Positions 1-8,225 of a stretch of DNA of 40,433 nt are shown piece by piece. How positions within the stretch are numbered: position 1 is the stretch's first letter; the number at the start of each line of letters is the position of its first letter. Made by a program: the position numbers and the translations under genes. The DNA is from a virus. The notes beneath the pieces are model-generated. The model did no database searches. It was not told where the DNA came from and saw only the letters and a program-made list of their open reading frames with translations. The stretch is from the IMG/VR virus record IMGVR_UViG_3300030361_000020. The stretch is one strand, 5' to 3'.

Positions 1-127
1 CGATCTTGGTGGTGATATATCGGCAGAGGTACAAGCAAGTCAAAATCTTGATGCTTGGGGTGAAAAGGCTGATTCAATATCTAAGTCTGTTGATATTACA
101 GCCAGCGCAACAGAGAAGCTTGTTGGC
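1..127. repeat. Left copy of the 127-bp exact terminal overlap
   Basis: cgatcttggtggtgatatatcggcag...gagaagcttgttggc is identical to 40307..40433. It lies inside the tape-measure ORF. Confidence 0.95.
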
Positions 128-1660
128 ATTAACACAAAGATGCTTGATGCGCTAAAAACGGTTCAATCTGGAATTACCGGAGCGTCTGGAATTATCGCTA
201 GAGATAACACTGGCGCAAGCGTTAATGTCGGCAATCTAGGCATAATGAGCAACTTATTCACTGACAACAAGATTGGTGGATTGCTTATGAAGGGCTTTGA
301 TATTTTCAACAAAGTAACCTTCAACTTCCTTGGTAGCCTAACTAGCGGACTATTCAAGTCTCTAGGTAGTATTCTTGGAGGTAAGTCAAAGGTAACTGAC
401 GAAGGTATTAGAATTATTGGCGGTAGAATTGAGGATCTAACCGAAAATATCACCGTTCAAGCGTTCCAATCCATCAAATACAAGAAATGGAAATTTGGCA
501 GCACTAAACGCAAAACCAAATATCAAGGGCTTAGTAGCGCAGTAGAAAATCAATTCTCTCTCGTTTTTGACTCAATCATTGATTCGGTTGCGTCAGGCGC
601 GGAGCTTTTAGGTATCAGCCAAAAAGAGATCGACGACGCAATTAGCGGTTTCGTCGTTGGTACAACAAAGCTATCACTCAAAGGGCTAAGCAGAGCTAGC
701 CAGCAAAAAGAGATCGAAGCATACTTTAGCCGAGTGTTTAATGGATTAGCATTAAGAGTCATTCCTTTCATTGGAGAATTTCAGCAAGCAGGGGAAGAAC
801 TCGGCGAGACGCTATCAAGAGTTGCCACTCAAGTCTCCATCATGGAATTTGCGTCTGAAAGACTTGGTATAACCATTGCTAGCAAGTTTAACGATCCTAA
901 AGCTTTTGCCATGGCTGCTGATAACATTTCAATGCTAACCGGCGGCGTTGAGAAGTTTGCGGAAAAAACCGGAAGCTTTGTTAACTCGTTTGCTAGCGAT
1001 GCAACAAAAATCAGCATTTATCAGGACTCACTATCTAAGTCTCTGTCAGAAGTTGGTTTGCAGCTACCAAAAACTGCCAATGGAATGTGGCAGTTAATGA
1101 GTAGTTTAAATGCATCAACAGAATCAGGACAAGCTCAAATAGCGGCATTGCTTAACCTTACCGACGAGGCTAGTGCGTATTATGAATTACTAGAAAGCGC
1201 ATCAAATCGATACAGAGAGGCAGCTCTTGGTATTTACGAGGTTAACGAAGCTGCAAGACAGGTTAGCCTGAACGCAGCGCTTACATCTGCTAGAATGGGT
1301 GATATGTCTCTAGCAGAAGGTCTTGATTTATCATCTATAGCGCCTAATCAATCTGATTTTTCTAGCTTGCTTGATTTTCAATTAGCTCAAGCTGATACGT
1401 CAAGAAAACTACTAGAGCTTGCTGATATTACTGAGGGTCAACTAACGGTTGAAGACAAGCAACTTGCTGAATTAGAAAAGATAAGAGAGGCACTTTCTGG
1501 TGAGTCAAAGCAAAACACAGAGGAGTCAATGCAAGCTATGCAAGAGCTTAAATATGAAATTGAAAACCTAAGTAGAAATACTGGTAGAATTCAAAATGAA
1601 ATGAGCGAGTATCTTGAAAAGATAGCTAACGGCACAATAAGAGTTAGGGTTGAATCGTAA
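1..1660 (+). CDS. Tape measure protein, 3' part (continues from 38796..40433 across the circular junction)
   Basis: The frame with codons at 2,5,8... is open from base 1 to TAA 1658-1660. It is in phase with the open frame 38796..40433 once the overlap is merged (3171 nt, 1056 aa). Track ORF 140..1660 is only its first internal Met. The product is Ala/Gly/Ser/Leu/Glu-rich with a coiled-coil C-terminus, and the gene follows the G/GT chaperone pair. Confidence 0.85.
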   Translation, partial: DLGGDISAEVQASQNLDAWGEKADSISKSVDITASATEKLVGINTKMLDALKTVQSGITGASGIIARDNTGASVNVGNLGIMSNLFTDNKIGGLLMKGFDIFNKVTFNFLGSLTSGLFKSLGSILGGKSKVTDEGIRIIGGRIEDLTENITVQAFQSIKYKKWKFGSTKRKTKYQGLSSAVENQFSLVFDSIIDSVASGAELLGISQKEIDDAISGFVVGTTKLSLKGLSRASQQKEIEAYFSRVFNGLALRVIPFIGEFQQAGEELGETLSRVATQVSIMEFASERLGITIASKFNDPKAFAMAADNISMLTGGVEKFAEKTGSFVNSFASDATKISIYQDSLSKSLSEVGLQLPKTANGMWQLMSSLNASTESGQAQIAALLNLTDEASAYYELLESASNRYREAALGIYEVNEAARQVSLNAALTSARMGDMSLAEGLDLSSIAPNQSDFSSLLDFQLAQADTSRKLLELADITEGQLTVEDKQLAELEKIREALSGESKQNTEESMQAMQELKYEIENLSRNTGRIQNEMSEYLEKIANGTIRVRVES

Positions 1661-3387
1661 TGACAATTAGCTTAACTATACCAGTGGAGGTTACTGATAG
1701 TTCATTAACCTACTCTGATATACCAGAACCCGATGCGTCACTTGGTGAGGAATCATGGCAAGACGAGTCCACTAGAACTGTTTACGGTGATTTCGTTTTA
1801 CCTACTGGTTACGGTCGTCTTCATCATATAATGCAGAACGATTATGGCGAGTTTTATCTCATCGTTCAGGCGTTTCCTGGCACTGATTATCAGATTGCAA
1901 AATACGACGCGAATTACAATTTTCTTTACCTATATGGAAACTTTGCCGACATAACAGGAATCGATCCTAATGCGACTCCAGAAGGAATTGCAAATAATGG
2001 AGATACTGTTTACGTCTTCTGGAAAACTGGACTTCCAAAAGCAATTTACAGGCAGGTTATAAACGACATAGGAAGGGAGGGTGGAATTCCTTTAAGTGTT
2101 GTTACAAGTCTTGTTGAGCTCACAAACATGCCGGTAGAGGTTGAAGAAGCATCAAAGTCATACTTTACCGTATCATCCGGCAATATTTTTGTTTTATTTA
2201 GTGATAACTACTCTGGTGATGATTATGCTGAGATAATGCTTTACAGGATTAACTTATCTGGCGGTTTAGTATCATCTATTGGGACTGGTGTATTTGCTGG
2301 TAATGCGCAATATCTTTCATCAAACAGGGATGGTGGGATATTGGCTACCATATCGACAGAATACTCTACAGAGCAAACAGACTTCATTGAGTACAACGTA
2401 GACCTAGTTCCCAATCACCTTGGTAGCGTAAAGTTTTCTAAATATCCAAACAATCCAAATCGAATTACTTCATATTTCAACGGGGCTATAACTTGGATTG
2501 AGAATAGCAAACTTAGCGCAGTAACAAATGCTGAGTTTACAGTCCTTTCAAGAAGCCTTATAAATGCAGGTTCTTATAAGATTGGTGACGAGGTTATTAG
2601 AGAAAGCAGCCACAGAAGGTACAGGTGCTTAGTTGATGAGACGTTTAGCGACCCACTCTTAACTGCAACCGGTGACGCTCTAGCAGAATGGATAGACATC
2701 GGACCAACAAACAAGTGGGCGATATTTGACGGAAAGGTAAAGAACAAAACCAAGTCAACAACTGATTTTACTTTAGATGTTGTTTCGAGTGTAATTTTTG
2801 ATAACGTTTCATTTTTTGGTGTTGTTGGCGTGGAAAGCATCAGTGTAGAGGTTATTTACGGTGGAGAAATCATCTATGACGAAACAAAGGGATTTATAGA
2901 TTTATCTTCAATTGTCGATCACTACAGCTATGCATTTTATCAGTTAATATTTGCCAATGACGGCATTTTTAAAGATATACCGCCATATATAGGCTCAACA
3001 ATAAGGGTTACGATTACTGGTACTGGCTCTGGCATTGAGGTTGGTGCCATGTTGTTTGGTATGTCAAAGTCAATGGGTGTAACCTGCGTTAACACCAAGT
3101 CAAACACCATAGATTACTCAGACGTTGAATATGACGTTTTTGGCGAGCTAAGTGAAGTTGAAAGGCCTGTTGTTTCATACAATACATATGAGATAGATAT
3201 ACCAAAGCCTTTGGCTCAATCCGTAGAGAGAAGATTGAGATCATCAAGGGGTGTTGATTGCGTATGGGTTGGAGATATCGGAGATAATCAGGATTTGATA
3301 ACATATGGTCGATATGAGAGATCTCCAGTTACATACTCAAACCCGTCTGTTGTAAGTTATTCAGTTAAAGTAAGAGGTTCAATATAG
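1660..3387 (+). CDS. Tail tip / distal tail (host-specificity-type) protein
   Basis: 575-aa ORF whose ATG overlaps the tape-measure stop (TAATG). It sits between the tape measure and the fibre. The C-terminal half carries GPTNKWAIFDG, which I recall from siphophage tail-tip proteins. Family not verified. Confidence 0.45.
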   Translation: MTISLTIPVEVTDSSLTYSDIPEPDASLGEESWQDESTRTVYGDFVLPTGYGRLHHIMQNDYGEFYLIVQAFPGTDYQIAKYDANYNFLYLYGNFADITGIDPNATPEGIANNGDTVYVFWKTGLPKAIYRQVINDIGREGGIPLSVVTSLVELTNMPVEVEEASKSYFTVSSGNIFVLFSDNYSGDDYAEIMLYRINLSGGLVSSIGTGVFAGNAQYLSSNRDGGILATISTEYSTEQTDFIEYNVDLVPNHLGSVKFSKYPNNPNRITSYFNGAITWIENSKLSAVTNAEFTVLSRSLINAGSYKIGDEVIRESSHRRYRCLVDETFSDPLLTATGDALAEWIDIGPTNKWAIFDGKVKNKTKSTTDFTLDVVSSVIFDNVSFFGVVGVESISVEVIYGGEIIYDETKGFIDLSSIVDHYSYAFYQLIFANDGIFKDIPPYIGSTIRVTITGTGSGIEVGAMLFGMSKSMGVTCVNTKSNTIDYSDVEYDVFGELSEVERPVVSYNTYEIDIPKPLAQSVERRLRSSRGVDCVWVGDIGDNQDLITYGRYERSPVTYSNPSVVSYSVKVRGSI

Positions 3388-4862
3388 TGGCAATCACAAT
3401 TAGAAAGCTAACGCCGTATGCAGGGGAAGTTGCCATACCAGGGCAGCAGCCTGCCGTTTTCTCTGCAAATATGCAGAACCAGCTAACATACGAAAAAAAC
3501 CTTGCGTTAGAGGTAAATGATACTGTTGATGATATTAACCAATCAGCACTAGATATAGAGCAAAATGCAGCTACAGCAGAGCAAGCCGCAATTGATGCAA
3601 CTGCGGCCGCTGGAAACAATAACTACCAAGGCGTTTGGCAAAGTGGAACGTCTTCTGCTTCATCGTCTGGTGAGACGTGGCAATTTAATGGTGGTTATTA
3701 CGTTTCGCTTCAGTCAACATCTTTAGACCCAAATGATGACGGAATTAACTGGAGGAGAGTTGTAGATCAATCTCAGATTGATGAGCGAATTTTTGCAACC
3801 CCTATAAATAACTCATGGAATGGTTTTTTTGACCCAAAACACCAATCAAGACTTCCGTCTCCTAATGGCTATCCAGATACACTAGGAACCACATACAATG
3901 ATGGTGATGAATGGTCTCTTGATAACTTCGCAAGCGGCGGCTCTATTACAAGTAGCGATAATGGTATTGCTTTTACTGTTGGTGTATACAAGACTTTCAC
4001 TTACACAAGTGAGCAACTTGCTCTAATTGATGAATCAAAAGTACCTGTTTATGTTGTTGATGAAACTGGAAATGGCCATTTTATTACCAATTCAACAAGC
4101 GGAGTAAATATAACAAAGGTCGATTCGGTAACTTTAAAGGTTGAATTGACCAGTGCTATTTTCTCAACGCTTGGGATTTCTAAAGTTTGGTGGTTTTTTG
4201 TTACTGAGTCAAAAGGTAGAGTTCTAGATCTCAGCCCGGCATCAGTTGTTTATGATGTCTATGGTTTTTATTCAGATGATAAGGTTTTTTCTTACAAAGA
4301 TAGAGCAAAGATTGTTAACTCATCTGGAGAGATTGAGGAGTACGAGTGGTACTCAAACGTTGAATCATTATCTGGTAGAGATCCTCTAAATACAGCAAAC
4401 CGTCGACCAGGTTGGTCAGACACCACTAAGCCATATTATTGGAAGCCATACACCACGAAAATCGCGGGTGAAACCATGGCTTGGGATGATGACAACCTTC
4501 CAGAGATTATGATGGTAGGTGCTGGTCAACAGGTATCAGCCCTGACTTACCACACTTTAGCGGCGGCAAAACCACAATGGATAGATGGTGGTAATCCAAA
4601 CCTGTTGAACATTCCTGATCGTCAAGGCCGATTTACTCGCGCTGCAGATGGTACAACATGGATAGCTGGCGAAACGCATGAAGATCAAAATAAACAACAT
4701 TCACATTCTTGGGGCTTTGGTTCAGCGCCAGAAAATTCTACCGGTGCGGGTAACAATGCTTCTACAGGTCCAACTGGAACATCAACAGTTACTACTACGA
4801 CTGAGGGTGGTAGCGAAGCAATGCCTAAAGGTTATATAGAATGGAAGGGTTACGCGCTATGA
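3387..4862 (+). CDS. Tail fibre protein with tail-collar-type C-terminal domain
   Basis: GTG start overlaps the previous stop (TAGTG), with AAGAGG upstream. The N-terminus is Ala-rich and helical. NIPDRQGRFTRAADG...QHSHSW resembles the phage tail-collar fibre domain. The distal end is Gly/Thr/Ser-rich. Confidence 0.75.
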   Translation: MAITIRKLTPYAGEVAIPGQQPAVFSANMQNQLTYEKNLALEVNDTVDDINQSALDIEQNAATAEQAAIDATAAAGNNNYQGVWQSGTSSASSSGETWQFNGGYYVSLQSTSLDPNDDGINWRRVVDQSQIDERIFATPINNSWNGFFDPKHQSRLPSPNGYPDTLGTTYNDGDEWSLDNFASGGSITSSDNGIAFTVGVYKTFTYTSEQLALIDESKVPVYVVDETGNGHFITNSTSGVNITKVDSVTLKVELTSAIFSTLGISKVWWFFVTESKGRVLDLSPASVVYDVYGFYSDDKVFSYKDRAKIVNSSGEIEEYEWYSNVESLSGRDPLNTANRRPGWSDTTKPYYWKPYTTKIAGETMAWDDDNLPEIMMVGAGQQVSALTYHTLAAAKPQWIDGGNPNLLNIPDRQGRFTRAADGTTWIAGETHEDQNKQHSHSWGFGSAPENSTGAGNNASTGPTGTSTVTTTTEGGSEAMPKGYIEWKGYAL

Positions 4863-5605
4863 TTACTAATTACTACGTTTATGACAAGACAACACTAGAA
4901 GTCGATCATCAACCTAAAAAGCTAATCAGACAATCAGAAATGGATGAGCTTCCAATTGCAGCTTTGCTTACGGAACCATTGAAACCTGAACATGGAAAGG
5001 CTGTTTTAGTTTGCGATTTTGACGAGTATGGTCGTCCGCAATCAACGGAATACATCCCAGACTTTCGTGGTGAGACAATTTACAACAAGCTTGACCAATC
5101 AAAGTCAGAAGTCGTTAATGAACTCGGTGATATCAAACAAGGTTGGACGCTAAAAACAGCACCATCGAAATACCATACGTTTAGCGATGAACTAGATGAT
5201 TGGGAATTGTCACCAGAAAGCGAACGGCGCCTTTTGTCGGATGCGATCTCTAATGAATCAAATCACATTGATGACTTATCGTCATCCGTAGCAAGCAAAT
5301 GGAGTAGATTCGCAGAAGAATATGAAATTGCGGAAGCTCAAGCGAAAGCATTCAAAGAAGCTGGCTATCAAGGTGAATGTGGCGCTTACGTTGCATCCTA
5401 TGCAGAGCCGGAAGGTATCAGCAATCAACAAGCTACGGACATTATACTTGCTCAGGCAGATTCATTGCGCGCACTTCAATTGCAACTGAGAGAGCAACGT
5501 ATGCGCAAGCGTCTGTTGTTGGACTGTGAAACGGTAGAAGAAGTGCAAGCCCTTTCTCAAGAGATTCAATCTAATATTAAAGCTTTAGGTGAAATGTATG
5601 AGTAA
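4859..5605 (+). CDS. Tail fibre assembly/chaperone-like protein
   Basis: ATGA overlap with the fibre gene, so start 4859 is preferred over track start 4841. It lies directly after the fibre. The C-terminal half resembles DUF4376-type fibre-assembly proteins (recollection, unverified). Confidence 0.4.
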   Translation: MITNYYVYDKTTLEVDHQPKKLIRQSEMDELPIAALLTEPLKPEHGKAVLVCDFDEYGRPQSTEYIPDFRGETIYNKLDQSKSEVVNELGDIKQGWTLKTAPSKYHTFSDELDDWELSPESERRLLSDAISNESNHIDDLSSSVASKWSRFAEEYEIAEAQAKAFKEAGYQGECGAYVASYAEPEGISNQQATDIILAQADSLRALQLQLREQRMRKRLLLDCETVEEVQALSQEIQSNIKALGEMYE

Positions 5606-6044
5606 CGTTTACTTGGCGCTATATAAAGGCAGAAAAAAGAATGGCGGAGTAAAAGGATCGATTTATCGCTTTTTTGATTGGCTAATACGCACCTCAACTA
5701 AAGGCCAGTTCTCTCACTCAGAGCTAGTCATTGACGTTGGTGCTGGTTACTATGACTGTTACTCGTCATCCAATCGTGATGGTGGCGTTCGTATTAAGCG
5801 CATGAAGCTGCCATCAAGCAAATGGCAATTGGTCAAGCTTGATATAAAAGCCGATACCGTAGAGGCTTACTATCAAAAAACCAAGAGTCAGAAATATGAT
5901 TTGTTTGGTGCGATATCTTCGACCATTCCATTTTACCAATCAAAAGAAAGGCAGTTTTGCAGTGAGTGGTGTTTTAACGCAATAACAGGAAAGGATTCTG
6001 GTTGGAGATTCAGCCCTAATGACCTGTATGAAATATATAAATAA
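5598..6044 (+). CDS. Permuted papain-fold (NlpC/P60, YiiX/YaeF-like) hydrolase
   Basis: ATG 5598 overlaps the previous gene by 8 nt. His precedes Cys (QFSHSEL ... RQFCSEWCFNA), as in permuted NlpC/P60 hydrolases common in prophages. Confidence 0.5.
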   Translation: MSNVYLALYKGRKKNGGVKGSIYRFFDWLIRTSTKGQFSHSELVIDVGAGYYDCYSSSNRDGGVRIKRMKLPSSKWQLVKLDIKADTVEAYYQKTKSQKYDLFGAISSTIPFYQSKERQFCSEWCFNAITGKDSGWRFSPNDLYEIYK

Positions 6045-6178
6045 AGCTAAAGCTAGCGCGTTAACATCGAACAAATATAGATTGCGCGAACTAATGCATA
6101 TCTTCAAAGTGGATTAGTTTGCTTTCTTGCTGATACAATAACTTTGGGCTTAATGTTTTATATTTGAGAAGGTGTTAC

Positions 6179-6358
6179 ATGAGTTTAGATCCCACACTTG
6201 CGGCGGCTTTATACAAGCTTGGCAGTTTTGCTATTAAAGAGCTAATTGACTTAGCTGTCGACACGCTAGAAGGTCGTGATGATAACGACGTAAATTCGGA
6301 TGACGCACAGGCAGTTAAAAAGGTAACTGCTAAGGTTGCTGATAATGGAAGTGAGTAA
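6179..6358 (+). CDS. Hypothetical small acidic protein
   Basis: ATG 6179 is preceded by GAGAAGGTG (track start 6164 is TTG). No hydrophobic segment. Confidence 0.5.
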   Translation: MSLDPTLAAALYKLGSFAIKELIDLAVDTLEGRDDNDVNSDDAQAVKKVTAKVADNGSE

Positions 6359-6590
6359 AGGTGCAATTGCGCTATCAATCGCAAGTTTCGCTTTAATCCC
6401 AACTATTGGGTACGTGTTCGCTCAAGGGCAGTCAAGCCAAGTTCAGGCGCAATTAGTTAACAGCATGGATAAGCTAGATGAAACAATGGTCAAACTTAAC
6501 AACACTGTTAACACAATCAGCTTAGACGTTGGCAAGATGGAAGTGAGACTATCACGCGCTGAGAGTGACATTGAAGAGTTGAAACGATAA
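6345..6590 (+). CDS. Membrane-anchored coiled-coil protein (holin- or i-spanin-like topology)
   Basis: ATG 6345 overlaps the previous gene. An N-terminal hydrophobic stretch (AIALSIASFALIPTIGYVF) is followed by a heptad-rich tail, and a strong terminator follows the gene. Confidence 0.55.
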   Translation: MEVSKGAIALSIASFALIPTIGYVFAQGQSSQVQAQLVNSMDKLDETMVKLNNTVNTISLDVGKMEVRLSRAESDIEELKR

Positions 6591-6613
6591 GGGGCGCAAT
6601 GCCCCTTTTTTTT
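6591..6613 (+). terminator. Intrinsic terminator between convergent genes
   Basis: GGGGC-gcaat-GCCCC followed by T8. It lies between the + gene ending at 6590 and the - gene ending at 6612. Confidence 0.8.
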
Positions 6614-7601
6614 AATAGTTAATCTTAACGTTAGCAATCTCGCAGTTATGGATTGCCATGACGACATCTTTTGCTTTATCTTCACTAAGTCCTAAGGCCA
6701 TTAGCGACTCTTTAGCAGCTTTGCGAATCTCACCAATATGTCGCTTATTCGCCTCGCGCGCTTCCTGCTCTTTTCGCTGGCGATCTTGTTCATCTTTCTG
6801 GCGTTGAATTTCTGCCTGTCTCGCTCTCTCTGCTGCCTCTTCCGCATCGCGCTTCGCCTTCTCTTCTGCAAGTTTGCGCTGACGTTCGTTTTCTTCTTCC
6901 TGAGCCTTGCGTCGCTCCTCTGCTGCAATGGCATCACGCTTGGCTTGCTCTTCTCGCTGAATGGCTTCTTGACGTTCACGCTCTAAGCGCTCCTCTCGTT
7001 CCTTAGCTTCTTTTTCGGCTTGAAGTCTAGCTTGTTCAGCGATTTGCTTTTCACGCTCAATTCTTGCTTTTTCTTCCGCTTCTTTGCGTTGGCGCTCTGC
7101 GTCTTCTTCGGCTTTGCGCTTTTCTTCTAGTTCACGGTCATACTTCTCATTGAGCAGTAAAGCAATTTCGTGATCCGATTCGACTTGCTGGCGTAGCTTT
7201 TCGGCCTCTTCTGCTAGTCGCTTTTCCTCCTCGATACGCTTGATTTCATTGTCAATTGCGTCAACCTCTGCATTGACATCTTTGCGGATTCCATCCAAGC
7301 CTGAATCGAGGATTTTCTTGTTATCCTTTAGTGCCTGAATCGTGTCTAGTTGAGGCTGGATTTCAGCGGTGACACTTGCAATAAGTGGTTTAATGTATTC
7401 TTCATTGATAGCTGTTTTTGCCTTGGTTGCCTTGAAAGCGTTGGAGCGAATCTTTTTGCGACCTGATACAGTATCAAGATTACCTCCATCAAGAGACATA
7501 ACACGCTCTCGCACATCCTCAATTAGCCTTTCAACTCCGCTTTTATCAGATAAAACTGCAAGTGCGTTTTCTTTCTCAATTACTACTAGTTCGTTGCTCA
7601 T
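6612..7601 (-). CDS. Coiled-coil protein with DUF1351-like N-terminus and a long Glu/Arg/Lys-rich helical region
   Basis: 329-aa ORF, last gene of the minus operon. The N-terminal 110 aa resemble DUF1351 proteins found next to phage recombinases (recollection). Residues about 122-300 are almost only E/R/K/A/Q. Confidence 0.6.
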   Translation of the reverse strand: MSNELVVIEKENALAVLSDKSGVERLIEDVRERVMSLDGGNLDTVSGRKKIRSNAFKATKAKTAINEEYIKPLIASVTAEIQPQLDTIQALKDNKKILDSGLDGIRKDVNAEVDAIDNEIKRIEEEKRLAEEAEKLRQQVESDHEIALLLNEKYDRELEEKRKAEEDAERQRKEAEEKARIEREKQIAEQARLQAEKEAKEREERLERERQEAIQREEQAKRDAIAAEERRKAQEEENERQRKLAEEKAKRDAEEAAERARQAEIQRQKDEQDRQRKEQEAREANKRHIGEIRKAAKESLMALGLSEDKAKDVVMAIHNCEIANVKINY

Positions 7602-7648
7602 ATCTTCATTCCTTGTTAGTGGGCGACATAAGCCGCCCGTTTGGTTGG

Positions 7649-8224
7649 TTAAAAATCGAAGTTGTCGACAGATGGTTGTGAGCTGTAATCGCCCTGTGCA
7701 CCGCCCTGATTGCGCTCATCAATATCTTTCATGGTTTCATCGAGCATTGGGATTTTTTTTGCCGGATCGCCATTGGTTTTCTCTTTGTAAGTCTGTAATG
7801 TTTGACCATCAAAGATTGCGCGAAGTTGGAAGTCATAACCGTCAGAACCATCATTCTTTGTGTAAAGTCGCTTCTGTAGTGCAAGCCCTACTTGCTTCCC
7901 GCAAAATTCTTTAATCCAGAAATTTCCCTGTCCATCGTCAACAGGCATTGCTAGTTGACCAATCTGCAAAAGACCCATAATTGATTGAAGATGGTTGTAA
8001 CCGCCATTGATACGATCACCATTGGATTTTTCAAAGTAAATATTGATGTAGTTAGCTTGCAGGCCTTCATTGGTTTTCATTGAAAACTCAACACCTTTCG
8101 ATCCAGAGCCAGCCGTAATCGCCTTAGCTTGAATCTCTCCAACATAACAGCCTGACTCACTAACGAAATCACCACCACCAGCTTTCTGAGCTGCTTCCTT
8201 GTCAAAAGTCATAAAGTTGTTCAT
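7649..8224 (-). CDS. DUF669-like single-strand DNA-binding-type protein with acidic-aromatic C-terminal tip
   Basis: ATG 8224 lies right after the upstream stop (TAAAATG); the track start 8245 is an alternative. The product ends ...SSQPSVDNFDF, like the SSB tip DDDIPF. It sits beside the Sak4-like ATPase, as in known Sak4 modules. Confidence 0.5.
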   Translation of the reverse strand: MNNFMTFDKEAAQKAGGGDFVSESGCYVGEIQAKAITAGSGSKGVEFSMKTNEGLQANYINIYFEKSNGDRINGGYNHLQSIMGLLQIGQLAMPVDDGQGNFWIKEFCGKQVGLALQKRLYTKNDGSDGYDFQLRAIFDGQTLQTYKEKTNGDPAKKIPMLDETMKDIDERNQGGAQGDYSSQPSVDNFDF

Positions 8225-8225
8225 T

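Noticed and set aside
1-127. Terminal repeat as a genuine direct terminal repeat or cos region
   Set aside because: It lies in the middle of the tape-measure coding sequence and is exact. An assembler overlap of a circular or permuted genome is more parsimonious, though this cannot be excluded without read data.
163-1017. Three minus-strand track ORFs (163..453, 550..771, 829..1017) inside the tape-measure gene
   Set aside because: They are antisense shadows of a long, clearly coding + frame. They have no SD or operon context, and their products are Leu/Ser/Pro-rich as expected from reverse frames.
6701-6986. ORFs 6701..6979 (-) and 6738..6986 (+) of 92 and 82 aa
   Set aside because: These are alternative-frame and antisense readings of the Glu/Arg/Lys-rich low-complexity region of gene 6612..7601. 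Repetitive GAA/GCG/CTT codons keep all frames open.
7753-7760. A8 run (T8 on +) forming an A_AAA_AAA slippery heptamer in the SSB-like gene
   Set aside because: A -1 slip would give a product truncated 5 codons later and lacking the acidic tip, which is an attractive idea. However, several 7-8-nt A/T runs are expected by chance in AT-leaning DNA of this size. There is no obvious downstream stimulatory structure or extended -1 ORF.
7369-7914. 181-aa + strand ORF
   Set aside because: It spans the junction of two well-supported minus-strand genes, and its product is Ser/Leu/Arg-rich, as antisense readings typically are.
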